Below, one piece after another: positions 25,162-38,000 of a stretch of DNA of 64,000 nt. The notes under the pieces were generated by a model. The model worked only from the letters and a program-made list of their open reading frames with translations. It was not told the origin of the DNA and did not search any database. A program made the position numbers and the translations under genes. The first letter of the stretch is position 1. Each line of letters starts with the position of its first letter. The stretch spans positions 1-64,000 of the forward strand of contig JAHLWZ010000672.1 of NCBI GenBank assembly GCA_020536535.1, given 5' to 3'. The DNA is from Pelomyxa schiedti (lineage: Eukaryota > Protista > Evosea).

Positions 25162-26555
25162 TCAGCTCCACTCAAAAGTGCTGACAATCTCCTCCCGGGA
25201 AGAAAATGACTGCCTGGAGTCTCGAGTTCTTTCTTGCATCAAAGTGAGCTTCTCGAGTGCTGAACTCAGCACGTCTGTGCTGTATGCCGTTTTGTTCAAC
25301 CAAGGGTGCTGTTTTGGTGTTTTGATTTTTTGTTTTGGGGGCACCAAGCAGAACCGGTCAGACACGTTCTCGACGAGTTTTGGAGAATGGAAAATACCGC
25401 CAAAGCTTGGGAAGCACTCATTCGCGAATCACATCTCACAAGTAATTGGCGCACAAAGTCTCTGGCCTCGCTGGATACATGACACCAATCTTCATCCTCC
25501 ATCTGATAGTCACAATTCTGGATCCGCTCTAACAGTTCGGGAAGGCTGTCAGCATAGAACGGTGGGTAGCCGCATAATAAAATATAGGAGATAACCTAGA
25601 AAGGAAAAGGATGTTTGAGACATTACATTTCCAAAGTCAGCAAAGCCCACTTACTCCAATTGACCACATGTCAACTAGCGGACCGTAGCCAGTTCCATCC
25701 AGAACTTCTGGTGCCTTGAAGAGTAAATGTGGATTCCACTTTCCGCAGATAACTTACGACATAGGCGGGACTACCACAGGCAGTTGTAACCATGAGGGTT
25801 TCAGGAATGAGTCTGGCAAGACCAAAATCCGCTATACACACGTCAGTATCTGAGCGTTCTGATCGAAGCAAGATATTTTCGGGTTTCTAAAAGTAAAAAA
25901 AATGGGCTTCTGAATAAGTGGAAACAACAAACCAAGTCTCTATGAATGACGTTTCTTTGGTGAAGAAACAGTATTGCTTGTGTGACTTTTCTGACCACTT
26001 CCGCTGCGTCACATTCACTGTAGTATTTTCTTTCAACAATTCTTTCAAATAACTCACCCCCACGAGCAAGTTCCAGGACAATAAATACCTTTGGAAAGGT
26101 CACAAAGAAAACACTGGCAGTCTCTGGCCATACTTTTGTAGGGGATTCATACGAACGAATTAACTTGATTATCTGTGTGGCAAATGAACAAAAAAAGGTA
26201 CGAGAAACAAACCGAATGAACACACATTGGGATGTTGCATGGTCCCAAGTAGTTCCAGCTCTTTTTCCAACTTTGCAGTACAGCATGAACTTTTATGCAA
26301 CATTTTCACAGCTTTAAAGTGGTGAGGAAAAAAAAAATAAAAAATTGTTTGAAAATAAGTGCGAACACTACCATAACTTTCACCAGTGAATTTGTCTATA
26401 GCCCTGGCAACCACAGAGAATGTACCCCTGCCCAATTCCTCCATCACTTCATAACGGTCAAAAAACACCTCTGTCACATTCTTCGTGGGTCCTCTGTCCT
26501 CCTCCTGAACCACCCCTCCGTCATTATGGGATCCCTTCCCTTCTGTTGCTGCCAT
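25162..26555 (-). CDS. CaMK-family Ser/Thr protein kinase
   Basis: GRGTFS, AVK, HRDLKPEN, DFG, CGSPAYVAPE, DMWSIG, GYPPF and HPWL, distributed across short introns. Confidence 0.95.
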
Positions 26556-26769
26556 GTGTTGGGTAATAAACGGAAAACCAAAAACCCAGACTACGCGAGG
26601 GTTTGCGTTAATTTCTTGTGTGGTTAGTGTAACAAGCCACTTACTAAGTTACGCCCTTGTCAAAAAAAAAGGAAAAAATACAGGTACAGCTTTTTGGTTT
26701 GTGGAAATTCGGGGTTTCTGTAAAAAAGAAAATGTGCCTGCCTATCATGTACATGGGGTGATTTACATA

Positions 26770-29700
26770 CTAGGGTGCATCAAGACTTCGACTATATACG
26801 GTATTTGTGTTAGTACTGTAAGTGATGAAAAGTGCAAAGTGCATTTGAGTGTTTGATTGTTTGATTGGTTGTTGGATCATGTGCAGTGGGAGGGGGGGAA
26901 TGCATACACGAGCACTGGACAGAATGGACATCATTTGTGAAAACTGTTGCTGTAGGAATTTTGAGTGGAATGCCAAAAAAGAGTGGCTGAAAAACCTTGA
27001 GAACTTTCTTCTCACTCTTGGGGAAGTTGGCTTGCTGGAGCCGCTCTTTATATTTGCTTTCGAGGAGCACTCTTTTGGGTTGCTCAAGATAAACCATTTT
27101 ATTTACCTTTTGTGTGTTGGAGGTAATCCCGGTTGCTATTACATACAAGTACTGCAAGTAACTTGACATAATCTTCTGACGTAAGTACACTATGAGGCTG
27201 TTTTACGAATAAGATAGGAGGAGGAAAGAAGTGAATAGAATAACCTGATCAGGAGGTCCAAGACTGGAGTCCTAAGTTTTGTTTTGCTTGTGGTTACCAA
27301 GGTCGAAAGAATCGTGATGTAACTACCAATAATTTCGAGATAAAAACCTCAAGAAGACTTCTCAAGGGTAGGTTGAAAAATGGCTTTACCACCGAAAATA
27401 CTTTATCCTCCGTTGCCCTTGGTGTGTTTGTCAGGAGTGGCAAATATAAACGAGAGGAAGGCACAAACCCTTCAGCTTTTAGGTTGACCAGCCATTGAAA
27501 AACCCTGCCAACAAGAGCTAATGCCCGTCTTGTTTCTGGTTTGACCTCATCCACTGAAAGGCAATCAGGAAATAAGGAAGAATTTGATTTGTGACCTGAG
27601 GCTAGATAATACTGCTCAGGATTGATTACTGCTGGGACAACAAACCGCAGGAAGAATAGGGCAATCACGGATATGTTGGGTGCATGCTTTAGTTCATCAA
27701 GTCTAAGCTTGACTTGCCGTAAAACGGTCTTTATGTTACTTGTTTTCGATTATTTTTGGCAAGGAGTTTGAAAATTTCTAACCCGGGAATATTATCTGCA
27801 GAATTACACACAGCCACAACTAGATTTTGAATTACGGAAGCTAATCTCCGTGCGTTATCCTCTAAGTTCTCATCTGGGCTACAATTTGATGAGTAAATAA
27901 TCTCTATTTGAAGAGCTGAACCTTGCTTTTTCCGGTTCAACTTCATAATGGGAGGGATCAGCAACCAGGTTCCTTGTAAGTGGTTGGAGCGTTTGTACAA
28001 GGTACTGATACCCAATGAGTTTGAAGTAATGCGCAAGAAGTTTGGTCGCGGGTGTGTTCGCTCGGAAAAGTATATTTTGGGTTTCTTAGAAATTTCAGTT
28101 GACTCGGAAAGTAATTGGGTGTTATTGGTATTTATTAAGGAATTGTTGTTGACACCAACGTTGGGTGGCTGAGCCGATATCTTCTCTGAGAAACTTGAGG
28201 ACAAGCATCATTGAGCTGCCGTCTCTATTCAGTAAGCGAGTCATGGTTACTGCAACACTATCGTCAGAAATCATAGCATCACAGATAGCCGAGGGCAGAA
28301 TCAATCCAGGATGAGACATGAACTATATAAACTATTGAGAAAAGTGTATGTGTAGTATTGGAGGGAAAAAATACACTAATTAGGTGGCTCTCATACTCTT
28401 TGGCAATGCGGTAGTTTCGGTTTCTGTCATTTGCGGGAACATATTGGTATGAAATAGAAAGGCTCCCAGGTGTAGGCGAGCCTTCGTTCTCCAATAGTTG
28501 TTTCCCTTCAAAAGCTCTAGGTGATGTTGAGTTTTCTCCATCTTCACCTCAACAGTACTCACTTTACACGGCGAACGTCTACCAGTATAACCTTGCCAAT
28601 AAATTCGTCTGACGAGAAAAATCTATTGTGCGAAAATACATCTATTTGAATATCTGGATCAGAGGAATTTGGCATCTCAATTTGAAACTCCTCTTCCCTG
28701 AGCAACTTGAGTGGAATGGCGATTTCCTTTGTGTACACACCAAACAGGGTCTGATTCTTGATACAAACTCTTTGTTTTGAGCCGTTTGCTTGTGTTTGAA
28801 GGTTCACTGGCCTTATGGATAACGCAAAACGGGTTTGGCTTGCGTGTGCCTCCTAGGCGGAGATCGAACCCTCTGATGACTTGTGTTGTGGTAATGTAAG
28901 GAAAGTTACTGTGTTGGATTAAGGTGACACCTTTCAATTGGAGAAGACCACAGGAGTAAGGATTTTCAAAATAGCGAACAATTGTCGATGATGAAGATGC
29001 TGGGGTAGTATGTAAGTTAATTACATTGAAGTCTGGTGAAGGAAACATACCATCATAAACGGGATGTGCTGGTTTAGAAGCGGAAGCTGATGTTGGTGTT
29101 GATGCTGTTGTTGTGGCGGGTGTTGGGGTAACTACTGGGGTGGAGTTTGGTGGTGTAGGTCTCGAGTTGGTAGGAGGTAATCCATTTGGCGGTGCTGGCG
29201 TAGTTGGGGAATTTGTTGCTATTGGAGAGGGAAATGATGGTGGTGCTGGAGCTGGTGTCTGGGGTGTCAGAGCATTTTGGTTCTGAGCTGGAGAGGAGGA
29301 TGAAGTGGTGGACGCCTGAGCTGATTGTTGGGTGTGATTTGCCTGTTGGGTGTGTGTGTGAGCTGGCCCTGAGCCAGGTGGGTGGGCGAAGAATGCTGGG
29401 ATCGAATTCGCGTGTGATGTAAAAGAAAACGAATGCGAGTGAGAGTGTGTAGGTACAAAAGTGGAACCTGATGATGAGGACGACGGCGCCTGAGGTGGAG
29501 GTCGAGGTGGAAGCTGAGCAGAAGGCGGCAAAGGTGCATGTGTGGGAGGAAGCTGCGAAGGAGACGTAGAAGGAGGAGAGGGAGACGGCAGTGAAGGCAA
29601 CGGCTGAGGTGGGTGTGACTGCGACGGCGACTGTGATTGAGATTGAGATTGTGATTGTGATGGCGACTGTGACTGAGGCGGGAGCGGGCCCGTTCCGCCG

Positions 29701-30314
29701 AGAATTATCATGGAGGGGGGAAGAGGCGTTTGTGGTGATGATGATTTAGCGGAAGCGCCAGAGGGAGGCGGAGTAGGGGTGAACAACGGGGGCACCGTCG
29801 GCCCGCTGGTCCGAAGGGCCGCCGCCGGGGTGACAGTGACCTGCACGGGAGGCCGCGGCGCCACGGCGGCGGCGGCGGCGCAGGCCCGCGACGGCGCCGG
29901 CCTCCTAGCAGGCGGGGGCGGCGGCGGGGCCGCGGGAGGCAGGCTGCTGCCACCACTGCCACTGCCACTGCCGCTGCCGCTGCTGCCTGTGCTGGTGCTG
30001 GCGCCGATGCTATTCGCCGTGGTGGTCGTGGGGGATTCGGGGACCTCGGAGGGGGGAGACGGCGCATGGGGGGGAAGTTGCGTGGCAGGAACGATTGAGG
30101 AGGGAAACGGGGGCGGGGTGTTGGACTTGGGCACCGGGGCCTGGGGGGAGAGGACGGAGGCGAAGGACGGCGGGGAGGAAGTAGAGGGCGTGGGCGTGGG
30201 CGAGGGCGACGGGGACTCGCTTGGGGACTCGGGGGCGAGGGACGCGGGGGACCCGTCCGCTGAGAACAGCCTGTCCCAGACCGCGAGGACCGCTGATTTG
30301 AAGGTGCCATCCAA
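26770..30314 (-). CDS. C2-domain RasGAP with long Pro/Ser-rich N-terminus; 3' end approximate
   Basis: C2: KPNPFCVI..KTK..DPVW.EEF..DVFSHNRFFSSDEFIG. RasGAP signature FFLRFVVPAVINPE..RRALAL. Confidence 0.88.
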
Positions 30315-30697
30315 TACATCTGCGAGTTCCTGTGCAGTGGGTTTTTGTTGTTGTTATTACACATACCCTCGAATAGCCGTTGTTCGAAGGTGTGGGCGAG
30401 GACGGTACCTTACGGGATTGCACATCGCGAGGGAGACCTAGGGTCGAGAGGAGGGTGCAAAACTGATCCCACTTGTGGTACTCCATTGAAAAGCCGTACC
30501 GATTCTTTTTTTTTTTGTTGTTTTTTCTTTTACGAAAAGATGTGGCAGGAATCCCGAGCCTGATGACACCACCTATTCTTCGTTGAGCACGATTTCACCT
30601 TAGCCTTCTTGTGTTTAACGTCCACCAGCCTGAACCTCCAAGTTGGAGCAGTACCCGCAGAGTCTCCAAAATCACAAACCATCACATTTCGGTAACC

Positions 30698-33600
30698 ATG
30701 GACAGCCGTCGGGCCCTGTCTAGTGGCAGCATACCCACCCCACGTAGCCCCCAACAACAACAACAGCTGACAACAGTCAGCACCCAGCCACCCATAACTC
30801 CAACACAGCAGCAGACATCCTCACCATCAGCCGCGTCGGCAGCAACTGCAACGACGTCGTCGACCGGTGCCCCGCCGCGGCTGCACCGCATGACGCGGCA
30901 CCCCTCGTGGCACCGGTCTCGCAGCACGAGCTCGGTGAGCGACACGACGCCCACGCCGCCCCTCACGCCTCGTGCTCCGCGCGGGTCCCTGGCCCTGGAC
31001 TTGCTGCCAAACGCCGCCTCGGCTTGCATGGGCGGCAACCTCCTGGCTCTATCTATTGGGTGTGGGTTACGGGGGATTATGGGAATCATACCACATATAG
31101 TGTTGTGGGTTGAAATAGTGGGTAAAAATAGAAGTAAATTATCAAGGCAAGAGTGTGTTGTTAACAGAATACCTGTAGAGGGAAGGGAATTGATATTGTT
31201 GGTATGAGCTGGAAGCAACAAGGTTGTAATCTTTTTTTTAATTGTTGTTTCTTTGTTTGTTCCCCCTCTTTCCCTTTAAAGTCTCATATCATATGTATGA
31301 CCTAGAAAACAAAAGTATATTGGAGGGAATGCAAGTCACCAGATCTCTACCACTTCCTAACCAACCAAAGTCACGTGATACCGTGTTGCAGTGGTGCCCA
31401 CATCCCCAGTATTGCCATCTACTCCTTTCATCTGTACTCCCTTCCTTGGTGTGTGTGATGGGTAATTGATTTAACAGGTGACTGGAAAATTAAACCTGTG
31501 GAACACAAGTTTGCCTGAACCCTCTCCTTGTGTCATTCAGGTATTTCAGGGTTTTGATGAAACTTAATTGTTGTGTAAGAGTTCACGAGTAGGGAGTTAT
31601 GATGCGGATTGGCATCCCTTAGAGCCACACATTATAGCCACATGTGCTGGACAAGGATCAGTTCTTCAAGTATGTGACCTTAACAACCCTGAAAAACCAA
31701 TTCTAAAATTGCCTGGAAATATAGCAAAAGCTTGTATGTTTACCACAACTACTATCTGCTCTAAAATATTAAGGGGGCCATTGCCACCAGGTTAAATGGA
31801 ATAAATTCAACCCTGATTGTTTGGCAACTTCTCTTGAGAGCAATGTGTATGTGTATGATATAAGAGTATGTCTTCATAACTTGTGCTGCTACATAATGTT
31901 AGTTAGGCAGAGAAACGAACCAATTTCATCAATGCCTCACGTACAAAAATTCTGAGCCTTGATTGGTCACCAACTGACCCAAATTTGATTCTTGTTGATA
32001 GCCACGATAAGTCAATGAAGGTCATTTTCTTTCATTTTCTTTTGTAATAATACACTCACAGCTGTGGGATATAAGAAGTCCGCTACATCCTCTAGTTACT
32101 TTTGTTCTCTGTAGCTCTGTTCTCAGGGCAAGGTTTGCGGTAATACTGCCCCTGCAATAAATCATAATGGTTAACCAATACCTAAAGCCAGCAACTGATC
32201 CTGGATTGATTGCTGTTGTGTGTTATGAGGACCCGATTGTTCAAATATGGAATAGTTCTTCACCCACAACACCAGACCAGCTTTTGCATGCACATACAGA
32301 CTCTATTGTAACATTTGATTGGGTGCCCCCACATAACAACGCCCGTCCTCCTGCACAGCTCATAACTTGTGCAAAAGATAAAACGTTGTGTGTGTGGTCT
32401 ATAGACCCCCTACCTGAGCTGCGGACTCCAGCAATGGTGTGTGTAGTCTCACCAAGTCCGTAACACAACTCACTTGAATTTATATCCAAGGTTCACAAGA
32501 TGGAGGATGCAAATTTTGATGTCATTCATGAGGATTTAGACTCTGAGTTCCAATGTCTGGAATGTGGCGAGATTCAAATACCTGCTTCAATGACAGTGCA
32601 GGTGATTGTTTATACCGTTTACATAAATTTTTTGCTGATCTTTACTTACAAGGTGGATAGGGTTAAGAGGTCTTGCATCATCACGTCTCGTGCTGAACAA
32701 CCATCTTTATTGGTCCAGGTAGCCATTTTGACTTACAATTTTTTTGTGTTTTAATGCTCGAAGATCAAAGTTACATTCCCTCCCGAGTATCCAAATAAAA
32801 TAGGCAAACCTGTCTTTGAGCTTCTCAGCCAACCAACACTTATTCAACAAAATATACTCAATGTTTGTGAGCAGAGTGGTCTATAATTTACTTATACATC
32901 CCTAGTCAATACAACAAGCAGCAAACCGCTGTGTTTCCCAAAATTCTTGGTGTCTTTCTGAGTGCCTACCTTTACTGAATACACTTCTTGCCAAGGAAGC
33001 TGAGAGATCTGCCTTAGAGCAACAAAATCCATTTCCTTGCCCAAGGACCTGTGGGTGCGCTTTCAATGCTCATGGTACTCCTTTTAATTGATTACTATTC
33101 AAATTGTACTTATATTCTTGTAGGACACCTAGCTGTCTTCCTTTACAAAAACAAACCCCTCCTTCATTCAGCCAGTTTTCCAAGAACTCTGGATGAATTG
33201 AGGAAAATTCCAACTTTGCCAACAACCCCAACAAAGCACACCAATGCAGAAATGCCACCTCTTGTAACGTCTGGATACTTTTTACGGGTAAAAATTCTAG
33301 CGTAGTACTAAATTGGTTATCACTTTAATATAGTTTCCAGGAACTCCAGATATTACCCCAAAGTCGCCCCAAGTATCCAACACAATATCAATTTTTGACT
33401 ACCATGAATATGATATTGTTAACAGTCAGCTTGCAAAACACTACACGTATTATTAATTGAAACGTTAAGTTCACTCACTGTTCTTTAGACTCAATGAACC
33501 TAAAGTTTCCAAAATCTGCTCCAAAAATCTCGAAGTGGCACGTGATTTAGGGAGAAATGATCTTGTGAGAACATGGGAAATTACAAGAATTCTCAGTAAA

Positions 33601-34749
33601 AGCAGGCTGGTATCCAACATACTCGAATATTGAGAGCACGAACCAATTCTGAAAGAAACTTCTTCTTAGGGTTGCAATCAGCCGGACCAAGTCATACCCT
33701 GGATTTCTCACCCAATGGGAAGACAACTTGTTTCTTCGATGTGAAGATCCTCAAACTCCGATTCTGTATAACTTTCTACAGATTCAATCATTATGTAAAA
33801 GTTCATGACGTACAAACTTTGGCTATGCTGAGCTGTGTGTTCCTCATGATTGATAACCCATCATGGCTAGCACAAAGTCGTGGAGAAGACGTCGGCTCAC
33901 CTGAAAGAGAGGACTTCCACCGACCTAAGAATAATTTATTTCTGGATATTAGCTGTATATCCCACTATGTTTCTTTCATGTAGTCATTCGTGGTGAATAT
34001 GTCACTCTATTTACTCTTGTTTAGGTATACATATGCCAGTTTACTTCACCAGTGGGGTTTATTTACGAAAATGAATGAATTACTCAATTTGCTGCCACAA
34101 ACAGCTCTGCCCAATGACCCCCCAAGAGGTTTTCCTTATCTCTCACTTGCACAATCTCTAACAGTTTGAAGTATTTCTCACAAGATGCCGAAAGTGTGGC
34201 AAGCCGAGTTCTTCCTACATTTGCCCCAGCTGTCATATCTTCACTTTTCGTTGCGCTTTGTGCGGCGCAGTAGTTAAAGGTACAAGTCCCACTCACATCG
34301 AGATTTCGCATTCCACTCACACCCAAACCCAAGGTTTGACCCTCGCATGCCTGACTTGTTTCCATGGAGGGCACCGACACCACATGGAAACATGGTTTAC
34401 AACAAACACAATGTGCCCCACTGGTTGTGGCTGTGAGTGTGTATTCCCAGTCATGAATCCAATTACTCCAGAAACTCCAAACACTACCCCGCCACCAACA
34501 GCAGCATCCACACCGACACCGACATCAACACCAACACCGGCACCTACACCAATTCCCATTCCAGTTGGAATACCCACAACACCAGCACCAATTCCGATTC
34601 CGATTCCGAATCCCATTCCCATTTCCATTCCCATTCCAATGCCCCCACCATCGACATCAACAACACAAACAGCCGAAAACAATGGCAAGGGAATTAATTA
34701 CACGTGGCGAACCAGCCCAACAACCCTATTCTCCTTTTTCTTGTCCTAA
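30698..34749 (+). CDS. WDR59: GATOR2/SEA complex subunit WDR59 (SEA3)
   Basis: WD40 exons, RWD-like FPPEYP, PCPRTCGARF, DVQTLAMLSCVF, and C-terminal CALC..CFHGGH..W..CPTGCGCEC. Confidence 0.88.
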
Positions 34750-35013
34750 TCACAGACAGTTCGAAATTTCGTTTCACCATTTTTTCCACTTCTTTGGATT
34801 TCCCGGAATTCCACGAAACGAAATGGGAAACGATCAGTCAAACGACGCCGGGCGGTCGACGGCGTCGTCGTTGCATTTGGGCAACAGGAAGCTGAAAGAG
34901 TAGATCCCCGGCCCATTTCCCCCCTGTTTCTCCTCGGATTTTCCATTGTTTTTTTTCACTCCATTTGGTTCGCCACGTGTAATTAATTCCCTTGCCATTG
35001 TTTTCGGCTGTTT
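34667..35013. repeat. Perfect 48-bp inverted repeat (34667-34714 / 34966-35013)
   Basis: aaacagccgaaaacaatggcaagggaattaattacacgtggcgaacca and its exact reverse complement, 251 bp apart. Confidence 0.95.
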
Positions 35014-38000
35014 CTTTTTTGTGGAATAGGATACCACCAGATGTGTACCAGCACGCGGCTACATTGAGTATAATTAATCTGAGCTGCAATGATATTGTTT
35101 CGCTGGTGGGGATTTCGAGATTGAAGTGCTTGACGTCGATAGATGTGAGTGAGAACAAGATCTCAGAGTTGCCGACCGAGTTCTTCCAGCTGAGGTTTTT
35201 TCTTTCTCCTTCCGTTCATTGTCATTGACTCCTTTTTCTGTTCTGGTGGTGCTTTTGAACGTTAGAGATCTTCTCTTCTTAAAGTTATCCCGGAATGTGC
35301 TGTCATCACTTGGGCCAATTGGGAATTTCCGGCAAATGACCGAACTCAATGCAAGCAATAATGCATTGACTGCAATTCCTTCTTCTATTATGGCTTGTGA
35401 AGCGTTGCGTGTACTTAATCTGTCCTACAACTCGGTATTTAGTCTTCTTTCATAATGTCCTGTATACAAACTTTGTGCCAGATAAAGCAAATTCCTATGC
35501 AACTTTGTGCATTACCTTCTTTGACCCACTTAATCCTAAACAACAATGTCATTGAGCAACTTCCAGCTGAAATCAGTGTTCTCACTACATTAACGCTCTT
35601 AAACCTTGCAGAGGTTAGCTAGTCCTATGCCTTCCAATTCCTTAACATTACTCCTAAGAATGAACTCAACGAAATACCTCCAGCTATTGGAAAGCTCACT
35701 CTTCTCGGAAAATTGTATTTGGACAATAACAACCTTGAAGTAGTTCCTCCAGACATTGGCAACCTGGTCTCTCTAAAGGAAATTAACCTTAGATCTAACC
35801 AGCTTGCCTCTTTGCCTCTCAGTTGGTTATCAGCTTGCTTATTTACCATTGATGTGTTTTTGCAGAATTTACTAACTTGGCACGCCTTGAGATTTGTGAT
35901 CTCGGTGTTAATGCATGGTGTAACCCAGCATACCAAAGTGAAAATGTGGCAGACCTATTTTCCTTCCTACAGAGTATGTCTCTAAGTATTAGAGCCCTCT
36001 AAACTAGTCCACAGATCAAAGTGATGCTCCTGCTCCTATACCACCAAATAAAACATTGGAGTCGAAGTCAAAATCGCACAGGAGAAGGGAAAGTCTTGCC
36101 TCAGTGAAGATTATTGCTGAGAGGTTTCCTAGAAGGGGTGTATGACAAAATTAACAACTTTTAGTGTCATTCCTCAAGATTTTCAAATAGTAGAACGTAA
36201 GAAGAGATTAATTCGCTTGAGAGGGGATAAAAACATTCTCCTCCATCATGTATGTACAATGCATTGGCATTGTAATCCAACCACAGATAGGTTGATCCAA
36301 CATACGAATCTTTGCATAACAGCAGTGTATTTATTTTCAATGTTGGATTCAAAATTTTTGTGTGGATTGGCTCACAGTCCCCTGAGAGACAGAGAATGAA
36401 AGCAGCATACTTTGCACATCAACTAGCAGCAGAAATATCACCAAAAACTACAATTTCCATAATTGGTGTGTAGAGTTAGAGATGGAATATTTCTAATAGC
36501 TGCAGACAATACACAGAAAGGAGTTGATGATACAGATTTTTGGAACGAACTAGGATCCAAAGGGCCAGTCAATGACGCAATAGAAAATGAAGAAGAAATA
36601 CTTTCTGATTTAACATCACAGACCAAACTTTTCACGTACCTTCCAACCACCACCCTGCTCACCTTAAATTCTCCCTCTCCACATATACTTAACATAACCT
36701 GATGCAGATTTCAGGAACGTGATGACAGGCTTGAAATCTCGGCAATATCTGGACAATCTCTATATAAAGATGCATTACGCTCTGAATGCTGCTTTGTTCT
36801 GGATGATTGTATTGATGTATATGTGTGGGCTGGCGTGTTTTCTTCTCGAACTGAACGCTCTTGGGCAATGCTTAAGGCAGAAGTATCTTTTTTCCTCATT
36901 CTCACATTTCCCGTCATTACAGTAATCAACCGTGACAGGAGTTACTTGAGCACGGAAAACGCCCTCACTGTGCAGAAGTTTATTTGATTGTTGAGGGAGA
37001 CGATGGCGAACATCTTATGTTCAAGGAACACTTCCTTGACTGGGTTGATAACACCTGGCAGTTATCAAGTAAATGGAATATTGCCCAATCTTGTTGTTCT
37101 TACCACTACATCAGAGAAAGAGCTTGATAATTTGAGAAAAGAACAAGAGGCTCAACAGAAAACCTCAGCAGGTCAAGATGAACTTACAATCAGCTCACGA
37201 CATGTTGACACCAAGCCTGAGCCAACATCTTCCCAAACCCCCATACCACAAGTTGCTTTTATATCATCTTTTTTTGCCCTATACCTAAACAATTTCCCAG
37301 ATTTCTGAGCCTTCAGTTCATTCTGTGGTATGATTTATAGCCGAAACCTGTAACTCTAACTCTTTCCCACTCACAGAAATCAGTTCCTCCGCAGGGCTCT
37401 AAAGATGTCACACAATTATCCTCTCCTTCAACAGAAACAAGTCTTCCACTCAGTGTTTCTATACCTACACTGTCAATTTCCCTTCCTCCAAATTCCAGTA
37501 CCACTACAGTATCCATTTCATCACCTACCACTTCTACATCTGAAACACCATCGCCCCCGATGCCTACCCAAGACCTTGCTGGCGATGCCGAGATGACAGA
37601 TTCCAGTGACGCAGGAACTGAGTCTGAAGAAGATACAGACTCTCTTGGCTCTGTCTCCCCGGCGGAGACTGATGACGATTCTGAGGGTCTAGGCTCATCA
37701 ACAGTAATTTCTTTCTCGCTTTTTTAACCATTAATCTTAGTGGCAGGAACCCTCTTCATCTGATGAGGAGTCCACAACTGAACTGCACCGAGCACAGATG
37801 TCCCTCCAATCCCTTGCATGGCTTAAAGAACGAGAGGAGAAACGGCTACGGGATGAAGAGGAGAGAAAGAAGATAGAACTCGAGGAGACACAGCTGGAGA
37901 GTACTATTCTTATGGAGCAGAAAGCTACTGATATGTTTATTCATCAACTCACTGAAATCCGTTCTACACCAAATGCCAGTGACCTGTCTCCAGAAACTGC

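Noticed and set aside
8715-30314. Functional Ras-signalling cluster (RasGEF, kinase, RasGAP)
   Set aside because: These are large gene families in amoeboid protists, so co-location is likely chance.
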